Positions 30,715 to 39,689 of a stretch of DNA of 64,000 bases are shown in pieces (positions within the stretch are counted from its first letter, which is position 1; each line of letters begins with the position of its first letter). The notes beneath the pieces were generated by a model, which made no database searches, was not told where the DNA came from, and saw only the letters and a program-made list of their open reading frames with translations. The DNA lies in the NCBI GenBank assembly GCA_977017575.1, contig CDRNVI010000007.1:62001-126000 (forward strand). Reading direction: 5' to 3'. The stretch comes from Paramoeba atlantica. Taxonomy: Eukaryota; Protista; Discosea. The translations under genes and the position numbers were made by a program.

Positions 30715-31406
30715 TATAAAGTTATTCGGACCCCTGTTCCCAAGAAAGCTGCTTTTTCACAGTAGTTTTGTAGTTTCTACGTGGTGCGAGGCCCCGTTTC
30801 CCCAATGAATAGAAATTAAAAAAGGAAGACATCCTGCAGAATTTTCTATACATAAGAAGAGGCCCATGGTGTGCAAGTAATGGGTGTGCAAGTATGCGCG
30901 ACAAGAGACGACCATTCGATGGCCTCCTCATAATGAAGTGTATCTTACTAGTAGTGTAAATATTTGAAACGCTTCTTTTTCTTGTTCCAAAAGTAAAAGA
31001 TTTCCGCTGCACTTTGCCTCGAGAACTCCACTCATTTTCGGACAATTGAAATAAGGATTGGAACCAAGGAGATAAATCCTCTTGCAATCCACCTTTTAGA
31101 TGGGCGACCCCCAACAGAAATATATTCCGACATAGAGTATACTCCGACTAGAAAGGCGTTGTTTTTGACATCGATACTATCAGTAATGAGATCAAAATTT
31201 GCCTAAGACAGTATTTATAATTAGAATTTTGCTGCACAAAATTACAAATCACAACTACACTTCAATCTTGATTTTTGCCATCCTGCTTACCATTAGAGAT
31301 TCGTCACTCACTTCAGTATGTATCATTTGCGGGACATATTCTAGCACATTTGATATTTTTGCTTATTGAATACTGCTCTATACGTTTACATCCTGCACTG
31401 TACTGT

Positions 31407-33566
31407 ATGTCGGATAAAAGAAACGAGGAAGATCCAGGGGCTCTTCAAGACGGCCAGGAGAGATTGCAACACATAGCCTCCCCGCCAACCTCGCCTTTGC
31501 GTAAAAAGCAGTTAGCGAAGAAATCCATAGACTTGAATAGCGACGATCACTCTATCAGTGTTGGGGGGCAGGCCCAAGCCGACGAGAGTGATAGCAGCGA
31601 TGAGGAACCGTTGTTGAATCGTTCTGGGGACATACCTTCTCAGTGGTACAGTGGGGAAAACTACGTAGGGTACGATATTGAGGGTCAACGGGTCCAAAGG
31701 GAAGAACAAAAGCCTCTGAACGAGCTTTTGCAACAGTTGGACGACCCGAAAAGAGTGCGTACCATTATTGATGCCTTGCACGGTCGTCAAGTAGCTGTTC
31801 CTGGGGAGGATCTTCAGCTGATTCTAAACCTCCAAAAGAATCTTTATCCTTCCACAAACTACAACCCGTATCAGGACTTACCCCCAGAAACGGCCATTTT
31901 CGACGGGTTGCAAAACCCTTTTGCTTCGGGTCCCGGCTCCAAGCGGCGGCACACCCCGGATCACCACTGGCGACGCCAGGTCGAGAAACTCATCGCTCGC
32001 GTCCGTCGCCACGGCGCCTGGAACGAATCCGACATTGACCGCACTAAACCCACCCCCTCCACCTACGCCCTCTGGGACCAACCCATGGAATCCACCACCG
32101 CTCTCCTCCGTCTCCAACGTCACCGTCTCCCACCCCCTCCCCTCCCCCCGCCCGGCACCGAGGAAAGCTACAACCCCCCCGACGAGTACCTCCCCTCCCG
32201 TGAGGCCTACCGCCACTTCCACACCACCTCCGATCTCGACAAACCCACCCACTTCCTCCCCCAGCGCTACCCCTGCCTGCGTCACGTCCCCTGGTACCCC
32301 CGCACCCTCCACGAGTCCTACCAGCGCTGTCTCGACCTCTCCGCCTTCCCCCGTAGGACATCCCACAAGCTGAACCTCGACCCCGAGAGCCTTCTCCCAC
32401 AGCTCCCCTCCCCCCGGGCCCTGGCCCCCTTCCCCGAGCGCCTGGCCATGAGCTACAGTGGGCACACCGCCGCGGTGCGGTCGCTGGCGCCGTGCGGGCC
32501 GCAGGGCCAGTGGCTCGCGACGGGGTGCGACGACCACCTGCTGCGCGTGTTCGAGACCTCCACGGGGCGGGTGGTGCGCCGGGTCGACCTGCGCAGCCCC
32601 GTGGCGTGGGTCGGGGAGAGCCCGGGCCCCGGGCTGCGGTATGTCGTCGCCGCGACGGACAGTGCCCTGGTGTTTGTGGCGCCGCCGTGGGGGGGCGGGG
32701 GTGGGGAGGGGGTGGGGGAGAGAACGAGGAGGTGCCTGGGTGGGGGGGTGGAGGGGGAGGGGGAGGGGGAGGGTGGTTGGCGTACAAAGGGGAGAGATGT
32801 GGAGGAGGTCGCGTTTACGCCGGGGATGGGGGAATTGGAGCGAACGGAGTTGGCGAAGTTTGTAACGCCCAGTGTGGAGGAGCAGCGTGCGGGGATTATG
32901 CTGCGTGTGGACTTTCATTTTAAGGTACGTGCCGCGAGTGTGCATAAGAAGGGTGACTACGTGGCTGTGATTTGCCCAGGTGATGCGAAGAAGAGTCGCC
33001 AAGTGGTGTTTCTACTCCTTTCCCAGCGTCGCGTGATGTCGCCGTTTTCGCATTTGTCCAAAGATCGAATTGTGGACTGTCGATTTGTCATGTCTCAACC
33101 GCATTTCGTGGTTGCAACGACTCGTTTTATTCGTGTATTCGATCTTTCACAACAAAAATTAATTAAGAAATTTCGGTCCTCTGTAGATTGCGTGACGTCT
33201 TTAGATGTGCATTACTCTGGGGAACATTTTTTAGTCTCCTCTTTGGATTCGCACGTTGTGTGGTTTGATATGGAACTAAGTGATAAGCCATACAAAAAAA
33301 TGCACAGCCACAGCTCTTCGGTGCATCGAGTATCGTATCACCCACAAGGTTGGACGTATCCTTTATTTGCATCCTCCTCTCAAAGCGGCGAAGTACACGT
33401 CCACCACGGCTCTGTCTCTGATGACTATAACAACCCTCCTGTGATTGTCCCTCTGAGGATACTGAAACATAAGAACGCTGTGCTTGACTGTAAGTTTCAT
33501 CCTAGCTTACCGTGGTTATTTACTTCCACTAGTGAGGGTGAAGTAATGGCATGGGTAGAGGTTTAA
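31407..33566 (+). CDS. BOP1: Ribosome biogenesis protein BOP1/Erb1
   Basis: YVGYDIEGQRV, LPPPGTEESYNPPDEYL, LRHVPWY, RCLDLSAFPR..KLNLDPESLLPQLPSPR.L.PFP, WD40 repeats. ATG 31407 preferred. Confidence 0.95.
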   Translation: MSDKRNEEDPGALQDGQERLQHIASPPTSPLRKKQLAKKSIDLNSDDHSISVGGQAQADESDSSDEEPLLNRSGDIPSQWYSGENYVGYDIEGQRVQREEQKPLNELLQQLDDPKRVRTIIDALHGRQVAVPGEDLQLILNLQKNLYPSTNYNPYQDLPPETAIFDGLQNPFASGPGSKRRHTPDHHWRRQVEKLIARVRRHGAWNESDIDRTKPTPSTYALWDQPMESTTALLRLQRHRLPPPPLPPPGTEESYNPPDEYLPSREAYRHFHTTSDLDKPTHFLPQRYPCLRHVPWYPRTLHESYQRCLDLSAFPRRTSHKLNLDPESLLPQLPSPRALAPFPERLAMSYSGHTAAVRSLAPCGPQGQWLATGCDDHLLRVFETSTGRVVRRVDLRSPVAWVGESPGPGLRYVVAATDSALVFVAPPWGGGGGEGVGERTRRCLGGGVEGEGEGEGGWRTKGRDVEEVAFTPGMGELERTELAKFVTPSVEEQRAGIMLRVDFHFKVRAASVHKKGDYVAVICPGDAKKSRQVVFLLLSQRRVMSPFSHLSKDRIVDCRFVMSQPHFVVATTRFIRVFDLSQQKLIKKFRSSVDCVTSLDVHYSGEHFLVSSLDSHVVWFDMELSDKPYKKMHSHSSSVHRVSYHPQGWTYPLFASSSQSGEVHVHHGSVSDDYNNPPVIVPLRILKHKNAVLDCKFHPSLPWLFTSTSEGEVMAWVEV

Positions 33567-33790
33567 ATGGTGTTAAGGTTTTGACAAAATCTATACGTTT
33601 CGTTCGTGCAGGCTTTGCGAAAAATAGCCTGGATTGTTATACATCTCCATTGTCTCCTTTATGAAAAAAATAGTGTTGGTAATACATGGATTGTATTCGG
33701 GGCTGCAAACCAATTTTCTGAATATTGAATTGCTTCATGAAATAATTAACAGATTCCAAGAGAAATATTTGTCGTTTTCACACTGATATT

Positions 33791-34195
33791 ATGACTACTT
33801 GTTCCAACGACGTCCTGGCACTAGAGAAAGAGTTGCAGGATAAATGCTTTCTGGGCGATGGAGTGATTCCCTCAAAAAAAGATATCGATGCTTTTGAATC
33901 TATTGTTGGGCCAGAAAATGAAGGTCTCAAATCGTGGATTCTACGGATGGAAGCAAAGTGCGTTACTCCAGTGCGTGCGGCTCAGATCGCTGATTGTTTA
34001 AAGTCCTGTGGAGACCTATTCATGGGAGGTGTGACTCCGAGTGCCAAGGATGTCGAACTTTTCCACGAGCTGCTTGGCGAAGACAATGTAGCCTTGTATC
34101 GATGGATTAAGAACATGGCGTCCTATTCAGATAAAGAAAGACTGGCATTCCCTCCTTCAAAAAAGGGAAGCAAGGTGACATATTCACTACCGTAG
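33791..34195 (+). CDS. Small protein made of two tandem EF1B-beta N-terminal-like modules; no GEF domain
   Basis: LQDKCFLGDGVIPSKKDIDAF..VG.EN..LKSW and LFMGGVTPSAKDVELFHELLGEDN.ALYRWIKNMASYSDKER resemble the kinetoplastid EF-1beta N-terminus (comparison from memory). Confidence 0.7.
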   Translation: MTTCSNDVLALEKELQDKCFLGDGVIPSKKDIDAFESIVGPENEGLKSWILRMEAKCVTPVRAAQIADCLKSCGDLFMGGVTPSAKDVELFHELLGEDNVALYRWIKNMASYSDKERLAFPPSKKGSKVTYSLP

Positions 34196-34617
34196 CACAT
34201 TCACCGCGTTCTCGAAAATTTCTGAATATCGTACGGTATGATTGAAACTGTACGTATTTTTCGTTAGCTTTTTATGAGACTATAAAAGGATTGCTTCCTT
34301 ACATTATTCTAGGAATGCTGCTGAGCAAGGCAGTAGTGACTAGTCGGACAGGAAAATAATATTGATGCCTACTAATTTGGAAGGTCTTATTGACTGTTTT
34401 GCGTTGGTAAATGAATAATAGCTAAGAATCGCGTATCTTTTGCTGTGCTCTCCTTTTTTCCTTCCATATTATCGTGTGCATGGGTGGTAATCATAAAAAA
34501 AAGTTTGTTTCCTCATCATAAGACGTTCTTACAAATCATAGATCTTGCTTTTGCTTTGAACGTATTCTAACTGAGCCTTAATGAATTTCTGAATGACTAG
34601 GAAACGTTCCTTCAAGA

Positions 34618-37428
34618 ATGCGGAATTCTTTACTGCACCTGCTGAGAAGAAGCCAAGATTTGTACTTTATTTATAGAACATCGGACGATTGTCAGAAACA
34701 AATTGTATCCTTACGCAACTCTTCAAGACGACCACCGCCCTTTCGTGATGGCATTCGTGGCCATCTTACTCATACAGCAGAACCAACTTCATTGTCACTG
34801 TTCAAAACTTCAGAAGTAGGAACGACAAAAGAATTATTTTCATTCCTTCGGAAGAAATATCATGGGCCGCCAACCCCGAAAGAAAGCATTCAAGGAATGA
34901 AAAATCGTTCCAGTACCGGAACACGCATTTCCAACTTTTCACGTGAAGAACGAGGCGAAAGCGATTGGGTCACAGCACTAAATAATTTTCATGGGCTCAA
35001 ACGTGTCGGTGGTGGGCAGGCGAATGACTATTTGCTAGCTATGCGTCCCCTGTGTCAGTGTTTGCCTTGCCGGTGGGAAATTGCAATAAAATTAGTTACT
35101 TTTTCATATCCCACCCTTTGTGTCGAGCCGTATTTTCTTGCACTTCAGATATGCTGTCAAAGCAATGATCAAAAGAACAACCCATCCCAGTTGAAACACT
35201 CAATCTTGTCCCGCTGTCCGGAAGAGGTCAATTCGTGTCCACCTTCTATCGCATTTGAATTATTCAACCGGTTTCTTTTTCCTCGTTCAGTATCGGAGTC
35301 TTCACCAGTGCTCAATCTTGACAGTGCGAAAACATGTCGCAACTTGCAGAACGCCATTGAAAGATTGCGCAGATTTCTCCCTCACATATATGAGGCACTT
35401 TCCATGCTTGTAGAGAACTGCATCATTTGCGATGACGTGCGGACCATGTGTTTACTTCTGTTTAGATTGGATGAAATTATAAGAAAGGACGGCCATTTTA
35501 GTGAATGCTCTCCAGATCTTCTTATCAAGTACCTGAGTGGAGCATCACCGGATAACTCAGATCGCCTTCATCAAACGCTTAAAAGGGGAATGATTCATTT
35601 TGAAATCACACTAGAGATTTTGCAACGGTACGATCCATTCATTCGACAATGGAGGTTGCAGGTGATTCAGGGAGTGATGTGGAAACACAGTGCTAAAACA
35701 CTGTTCATGCTTCTGGAGAGGTACAAACTTTGGTCACACTATTCTAACCCACAATATGCCAGTTTGCTGCAAATGACATCTCAGTCATTAAAGACCATCA
35801 TTGAACAGGCAGAGTGGACTACTGCTTTTCGAGTCATGGTCGGTGCCGAAAATGATATACGACGGTCTAGCTCCGAGCAACGCAATGCCCATCAATTGAA
35901 CGTGTTTTCCCCCGAAATCCTGGACACACTTATTCATAGAGCCAGCAAAGAAAGAACAATGTCCATAACCAGTTTTCGAAAGCAATCTAATTTTGGGGTT
36001 TACGAGAAGTTATTCAGTCCGTCATTGTACATGGAATACGAGTCACTTGGGAAATCTCCGGAATATTTGATTGAAAAAACTCTATTGTTGTCAAAAATTC
36101 GTTCAAATCCGAGTTGGGCACATGCTCTTCGCTTTCTATCCTTGGGAATCGAGCACTGCAACCTACGTTTGTCGGAGAGTTTAATACTCACGTTAGCCTC
36201 GCGCACAGCTATTTCTCTACACACCCTTCTAAGACTTGTATTGTATGCTTCCATAGTGCAGAATTGCAACGTTTCCCGTTTGAGTCTTGCACGGCTGATT
36301 GGAAAGAAGTGGGAATTGCACGCCGTGTCCTGGAGGGAAGCAATGGATTTTTTTCACCCCTGGTTCGTTGAGGCGTCCGCAGGTGATCAACGAGATCTAT
36401 TATTTTCCTGCATTTTTCCTTTGCTGCTTGCTGCGAATCGAATTGGACAGGCAGGTGAAATATTGGGAAAATGTTTTCATTTAAACAAGGTCATACTCGG
36501 AACATCCGGTGAGTCACGAGCGATGACCTCCGAAAACTTGTGGCTCATACCAGGACCCGTACACGCCACCACCTTTCATGTTCTGTATGCCGTAGCCACG
36601 AACTCCCATCCTATTTTCAGTGGTCTCCACGGATCTTGTCATGGCAACGAGCGACTCTCGCTCGCCGCCTTCACGGCGTTGCGCCGTACGACGTGTCGGG
36701 AGATTCGGTTTTGGCTGCTCCGTATGATTCGGCGCCAACTCCACCCGATCGAGTTTACTACACAGCAGAAGTTACATCACACCATACGCTCCGTGCGCTG
36801 TTTAGCCGTGCTCGACACGAATTTCTTTGTCGCCGCGGAGTTACTGCATCACGCGCTGTCCGAGTTTACCGCAGGGGAGAAAGTAGCACTGGTCGTCAGT
36901 ACCTCAACCCTGCTAGAGTTTGCCTGGACCCGGGCAGTAGACCAAAAAGCCGGGGCCTCGCAAAAGATGGTGCTTGCGGAACATCTTCGACGCTTCTTTG
37001 AAGTTCTGGAGAGTAGCTGTCGCTGCCCTGTGGTGCTGCTCGCTCCCCATGACGAGATAGAGATTCGCGTCCCGCTGTCCCCACAGCATGTGGTGCATAC
37101 GGTTTCTGGGGATGCGGCCCCAGGAGAAGTAGAGGAATTTGATCCCGACTATGGGCTTGTCCAGGCTACCCGACCAGATAGTGTTTTGATATCCCTGGCT
37201 GTGGGTATGAAAACATACGCGCAAGAGGTCTGTAAGATCTCTAGTGGCGTAGACACGTCTTCGGGTCTACACGAACAGAGCGATGAAAGAGAACCTCCCG
37301 AGGTTGCGATTTTTACTCAAGATCTTGAACTGGTGGGGAATGCAAGGCAATTTGGGGTGGAATGCTATGCGAGGATAAATGTAAGTGCTTTAAACAATGA
37401 GTCCCTGCGACAGAGTCAAAACTTGTAA
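34618..37428 (+). CDS. Putative mitochondrial helical-repeat protein with C-terminal PIN-like nuclease domain
   Basis: Presequence-like MRNSLLHLLRRS; recurring W..AL/AF/AM helices; PIN motifs VLDTNF, LLEF, PDSVLISLA, IFTQDLEL...A...G. Confidence 0.75.
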   Translation: MRNSLLHLLRRSQDLYFIYRTSDDCQKQIVSLRNSSRRPPPFRDGIRGHLTHTAEPTSLSLFKTSEVGTTKELFSFLRKKYHGPPTPKESIQGMKNRSSTGTRISNFSREERGESDWVTALNNFHGLKRVGGGQANDYLLAMRPLCQCLPCRWEIAIKLVTFSYPTLCVEPYFLALQICCQSNDQKNNPSQLKHSILSRCPEEVNSCPPSIAFELFNRFLFPRSVSESSPVLNLDSAKTCRNLQNAIERLRRFLPHIYEALSMLVENCIICDDVRTMCLLLFRLDEIIRKDGHFSECSPDLLIKYLSGASPDNSDRLHQTLKRGMIHFEITLEILQRYDPFIRQWRLQVIQGVMWKHSAKTLFMLLERYKLWSHYSNPQYASLLQMTSQSLKTIIEQAEWTTAFRVMVGAENDIRRSSSEQRNAHQLNVFSPEILDTLIHRASKERTMSITSFRKQSNFGVYEKLFSPSLYMEYESLGKSPEYLIEKTLLLSKIRSNPSWAHALRFLSLGIEHCNLRLSESLILTLASRTAISLHTLLRLVLYASIVQNCNVSRLSLARLIGKKWELHAVSWREAMDFFHPWFVEASAGDQRDLLFSCIFPLLLAANRIGQAGEILGKCFHLNKVILGTSGESRAMTSENLWLIPGPVHATTFHVLYAVATNSHPIFSGLHGSCHGNERLSLAAFTALRRTTCREIRFWLLRMIRRQLHPIEFTTQQKLHHTIRSVRCLAVLDTNFFVAAELLHHALSEFTAGEKVALVVSTSTLLEFAWTRAVDQKAGASQKMVLAEHLRRFFEVLESSCRCPVVLLAPHDEIEIRVPLSPQHVVHTVSGDAAPGEVEEFDPDYGLVQATRPDSVLISLAVGMKTYAQEVCKISSGVDTSSGLHEQSDEREPPEVAIFTQDLELVGNARQFGVECYARINVSALNNESLRQSQNL

Positions 37429-37883
37429 GATTGCATCAGGAGTACGATATAATTTCTGTAATTGTATTACGGAAAATCTTCGCATTAAATACGAGGACTT
37501 CTTAGTCTACTCGTTTCCATACCGAATTTCGGACTTTTAAGCTTCCCCATAGGCTACAAAAGTGTGTCATATTTCGGCAAGAGTTTCGACCCATCGTCTT
37601 CTCTATCAGACAGATCTCGCTTTCGCAAAGGAAAAATACTCGAGTAGAGGGAACCTTCGATGAAGTTTCATCGAAATTTGTACACTTTCTCCATGGTCTG
37701 AAGAAAAATTCTGACCTGCAGTCCAAGTCCTGGACCATGTATCTGTGTTTTTTTATTGTATTGTATGTTTCTTTGTCGTCTTTCTCATCTACAGTAAGAG
37801 CGTATAGTTGACATATGATTTATGGTATTGCTGCTTCCTTTTTCTAGAATTTCGATTTACGTTACAGCACGACAGTTCTTCGC

Positions 37884-38498
37884 ATGCAACTTACCTTGCT
37901 ACGAACACAGTTTAGATATCTCCATGCTTCGGGGATAGCAAGACTTACTCCGGGTAGCTCTCCTGAGGAAATTAGCGGCACGAATGTCTCTACTCAATCA
38001 CCAGCCTGCAGGGGTAGTTCCTGGAAGGCTCATGCGAGCAAGACAAAACATGTTCAGGTCAATACCTCTCATGCGAAGGCAAAGGCTTCCAGATGGAAGA
38101 AATATGAGGACGTACAGAAACAGTCAGACCAGAGAGCACTTTCATTCATGAATAAAATAAGCAATGTTCATATCGATATGGAAATGACGAAAACTTTGCC
38201 GAGCCTTCAAGAAAGATTTGGAACGAAATTTCTAGTGACATACATTATAGCCTATGTCTCTGGTATTGTTGTATTCTTTTACCTTTTCTTTGAGGCATCA
38301 TGGATACCTATAGATACCGCGTTAACCTACTTTTTCGAAACTAAAATAGTAGAACAGTGCCATTTAAAGGTAGTCACGACACTTTTCTTGGCCTTCATCG
38401 CCAACGAATTTGCCGAATTTATCCGATATCCCACTCTTCTCTGCATTCGATGGCTGTCTATGAGAAAAGGACGAAAGACTAAGATCCTTCATGCTTAA
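37884..38498 (+). CDS. Putative mitochondrial membrane protein, DUF1279/FAM210-like
   Basis: RFG.KFLVTY....GIVVFFY...LAFIANEFAEFIRYP fits the DUF1279 pattern; N-terminus is presequence-like. Confidence 0.6.
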   Translation: MQLTLLRTQFRYLHASGIARLTPGSSPEEISGTNVSTQSPACRGSSWKAHASKTKHVQVNTSHAKAKASRWKKYEDVQKQSDQRALSFMNKISNVHIDMEMTKTLPSLQERFGTKFLVTYIIAYVSGIVVFFYLFFEASWIPIDTALTYFFETKIVEQCHLKVVTTLFLAFIANEFAEFIRYPTLLCIRWLSMRKGRKTKILHA

Positions 38499-38796
38499 AT
38501 AGAGAAGCAGAAAATCGGATTGCTTGTGGTCGCAACGAATCGTTGCGATATCATTACGGTATCAAGGGAACTGTTCTGCTATATTCATCGCAGTTTGTGC
38601 ATCTGTTTATTGCTCATGACATTTTGTGCACATGAAAGAACCTTTCAGAATCATTTATTGACGAATCTTCTAATTCACTACTAAACAGTGACTCTTAATC
38701 TTGATAGTCATTAATGCAAATGTTCTTGCGTATCAAATTGATAAAATTGATAAAATTATTTTCCTGTTATTCTTGGTATCTTCTCACATATAGGAA

Positions 38797-39237
38797 ATGC
38801 AATTTACAAGAAAGGGGTCAATTCCTGTTTACCACTGCGCGTTAGGGAAATGCAATGCCAGATCGCACATAAACTCCATCGTCGGGTGCAAAGCCCAGCG
38901 GGCATACTGCACTACGCGCGCTACACTAAATACGGCATCGGCATCACAGCAAGGTCGTACCGTTTCTAAGGTGGTGCCCGGAAAAATGTTTATGTTGACC
39001 TGGACGGCTGGGGAACAAAGCGCAGCCAGTATCACTAACCGTGTTGTTAGCATTGGGCTAGTATTCGGTGGAGCGTTGCTTCTTGCGTTATATGGGCCAC
39101 ACGTTACCTCCTACAGTGTATTGACCATGGCCCTCCTGGGTGTTTTCCCTGCCATGTTTCTGTATTTACATCTAGGGTATGTCCACATTCTTACAGTAGC
39201 ATTTGCCTTATATTGTTTTCTATTGTGGCGAGAATAG
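38797..39237 (+). CDS. Hypothetical small membrane protein
   Basis: 146-aa ORF on the coding strand with 2-3 C-terminal hydrophobic helices. Confidence 0.7.
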   Translation: MQFTRKGSIPVYHCALGKCNARSHINSIVGCKAQRAYCTTRATLNTASASQQGRTVSKVVPGKMFMLTWTAGEQSAASITNRVVSIGLVFGGALLLALYGPHVTSYSVLTMALLGVFPAMFLYLHLGYVHILTVAFALYCFLLWRE

Positions 39238-39689
39238 AGTAAACCTTGATTTTTATGCGGACGTGAGCTTATTTGAACCATGCAAGTGTGTATTAATTTT
39301 TTTTGAAGAAGTACACTGAACAATGATCGCACTTAAGTTGAACATAAGTAGCTAAATAATTTATAAATACAGGAATAGCACTGAACCTCCAAGAATGCTC
39401 GTATTGATTATCAAAGATCATACAAAGACTTTTATTGGCAGACTTTTCTTATAGCAATGGAACTTTCTACAGTTGTAAAGCACATGTAAAAACATTTGTA
39501 ATCATCTAACATAACTTTTTTTATATTGAAATTGTATACGATAATCTGAAATTGGGAAATTTCACGTCAAGAATATTCCCAATCTCACCTGAAACGAATT
39601 ATCTTGACGAGACCGAATATTACCCCCAAAAAATAAGCCAAATTCAGTCTACTTTGATTTGACAGAGTTTTAAGCTTTGACCTTTCTCA

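Larger units (their letters stand above)
26663..30736 (+). mobile_element. Composite hAT element (one left end, two right ends) with perfect 8-bp TSD
   Basis: TIR caggggtccgaataact at 26663; agttattcggacccctg at 28831-28847 and again at 30720-30736. ttcccaag at 26655-26662 and 30737-30744. Subterminal regions are homologous to 60936-62620. Confidence 0.9.
26463..31114 (-). pseudogene. About 189-codon ORF of unknown function split by the composite hAT insertion (31114-30737 joined to 26654-26463)
   Basis: Removing 26663-30744 joins ...KQLSWE to IKHIMCNSVD...IVVAQP* with no stop; TTG start; no motif recognised. Confidence 0.45.

Noticed and set aside
31878-33002. Long antisense and alternate-frame ORFs over BOP1, and similar ones over RPL18, HslU and eIF5
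   Set aside because: They are shadow ORFs caused by stop-poor GC-rich islands overlapping well-identified genes.
34618-37428. PRORP (protein-only RNase P)
   Set aside because: The nuclease motif is DTN-type PIN rather than the NYN D-G-x-N motif, and no PRORP zinc site was evident.
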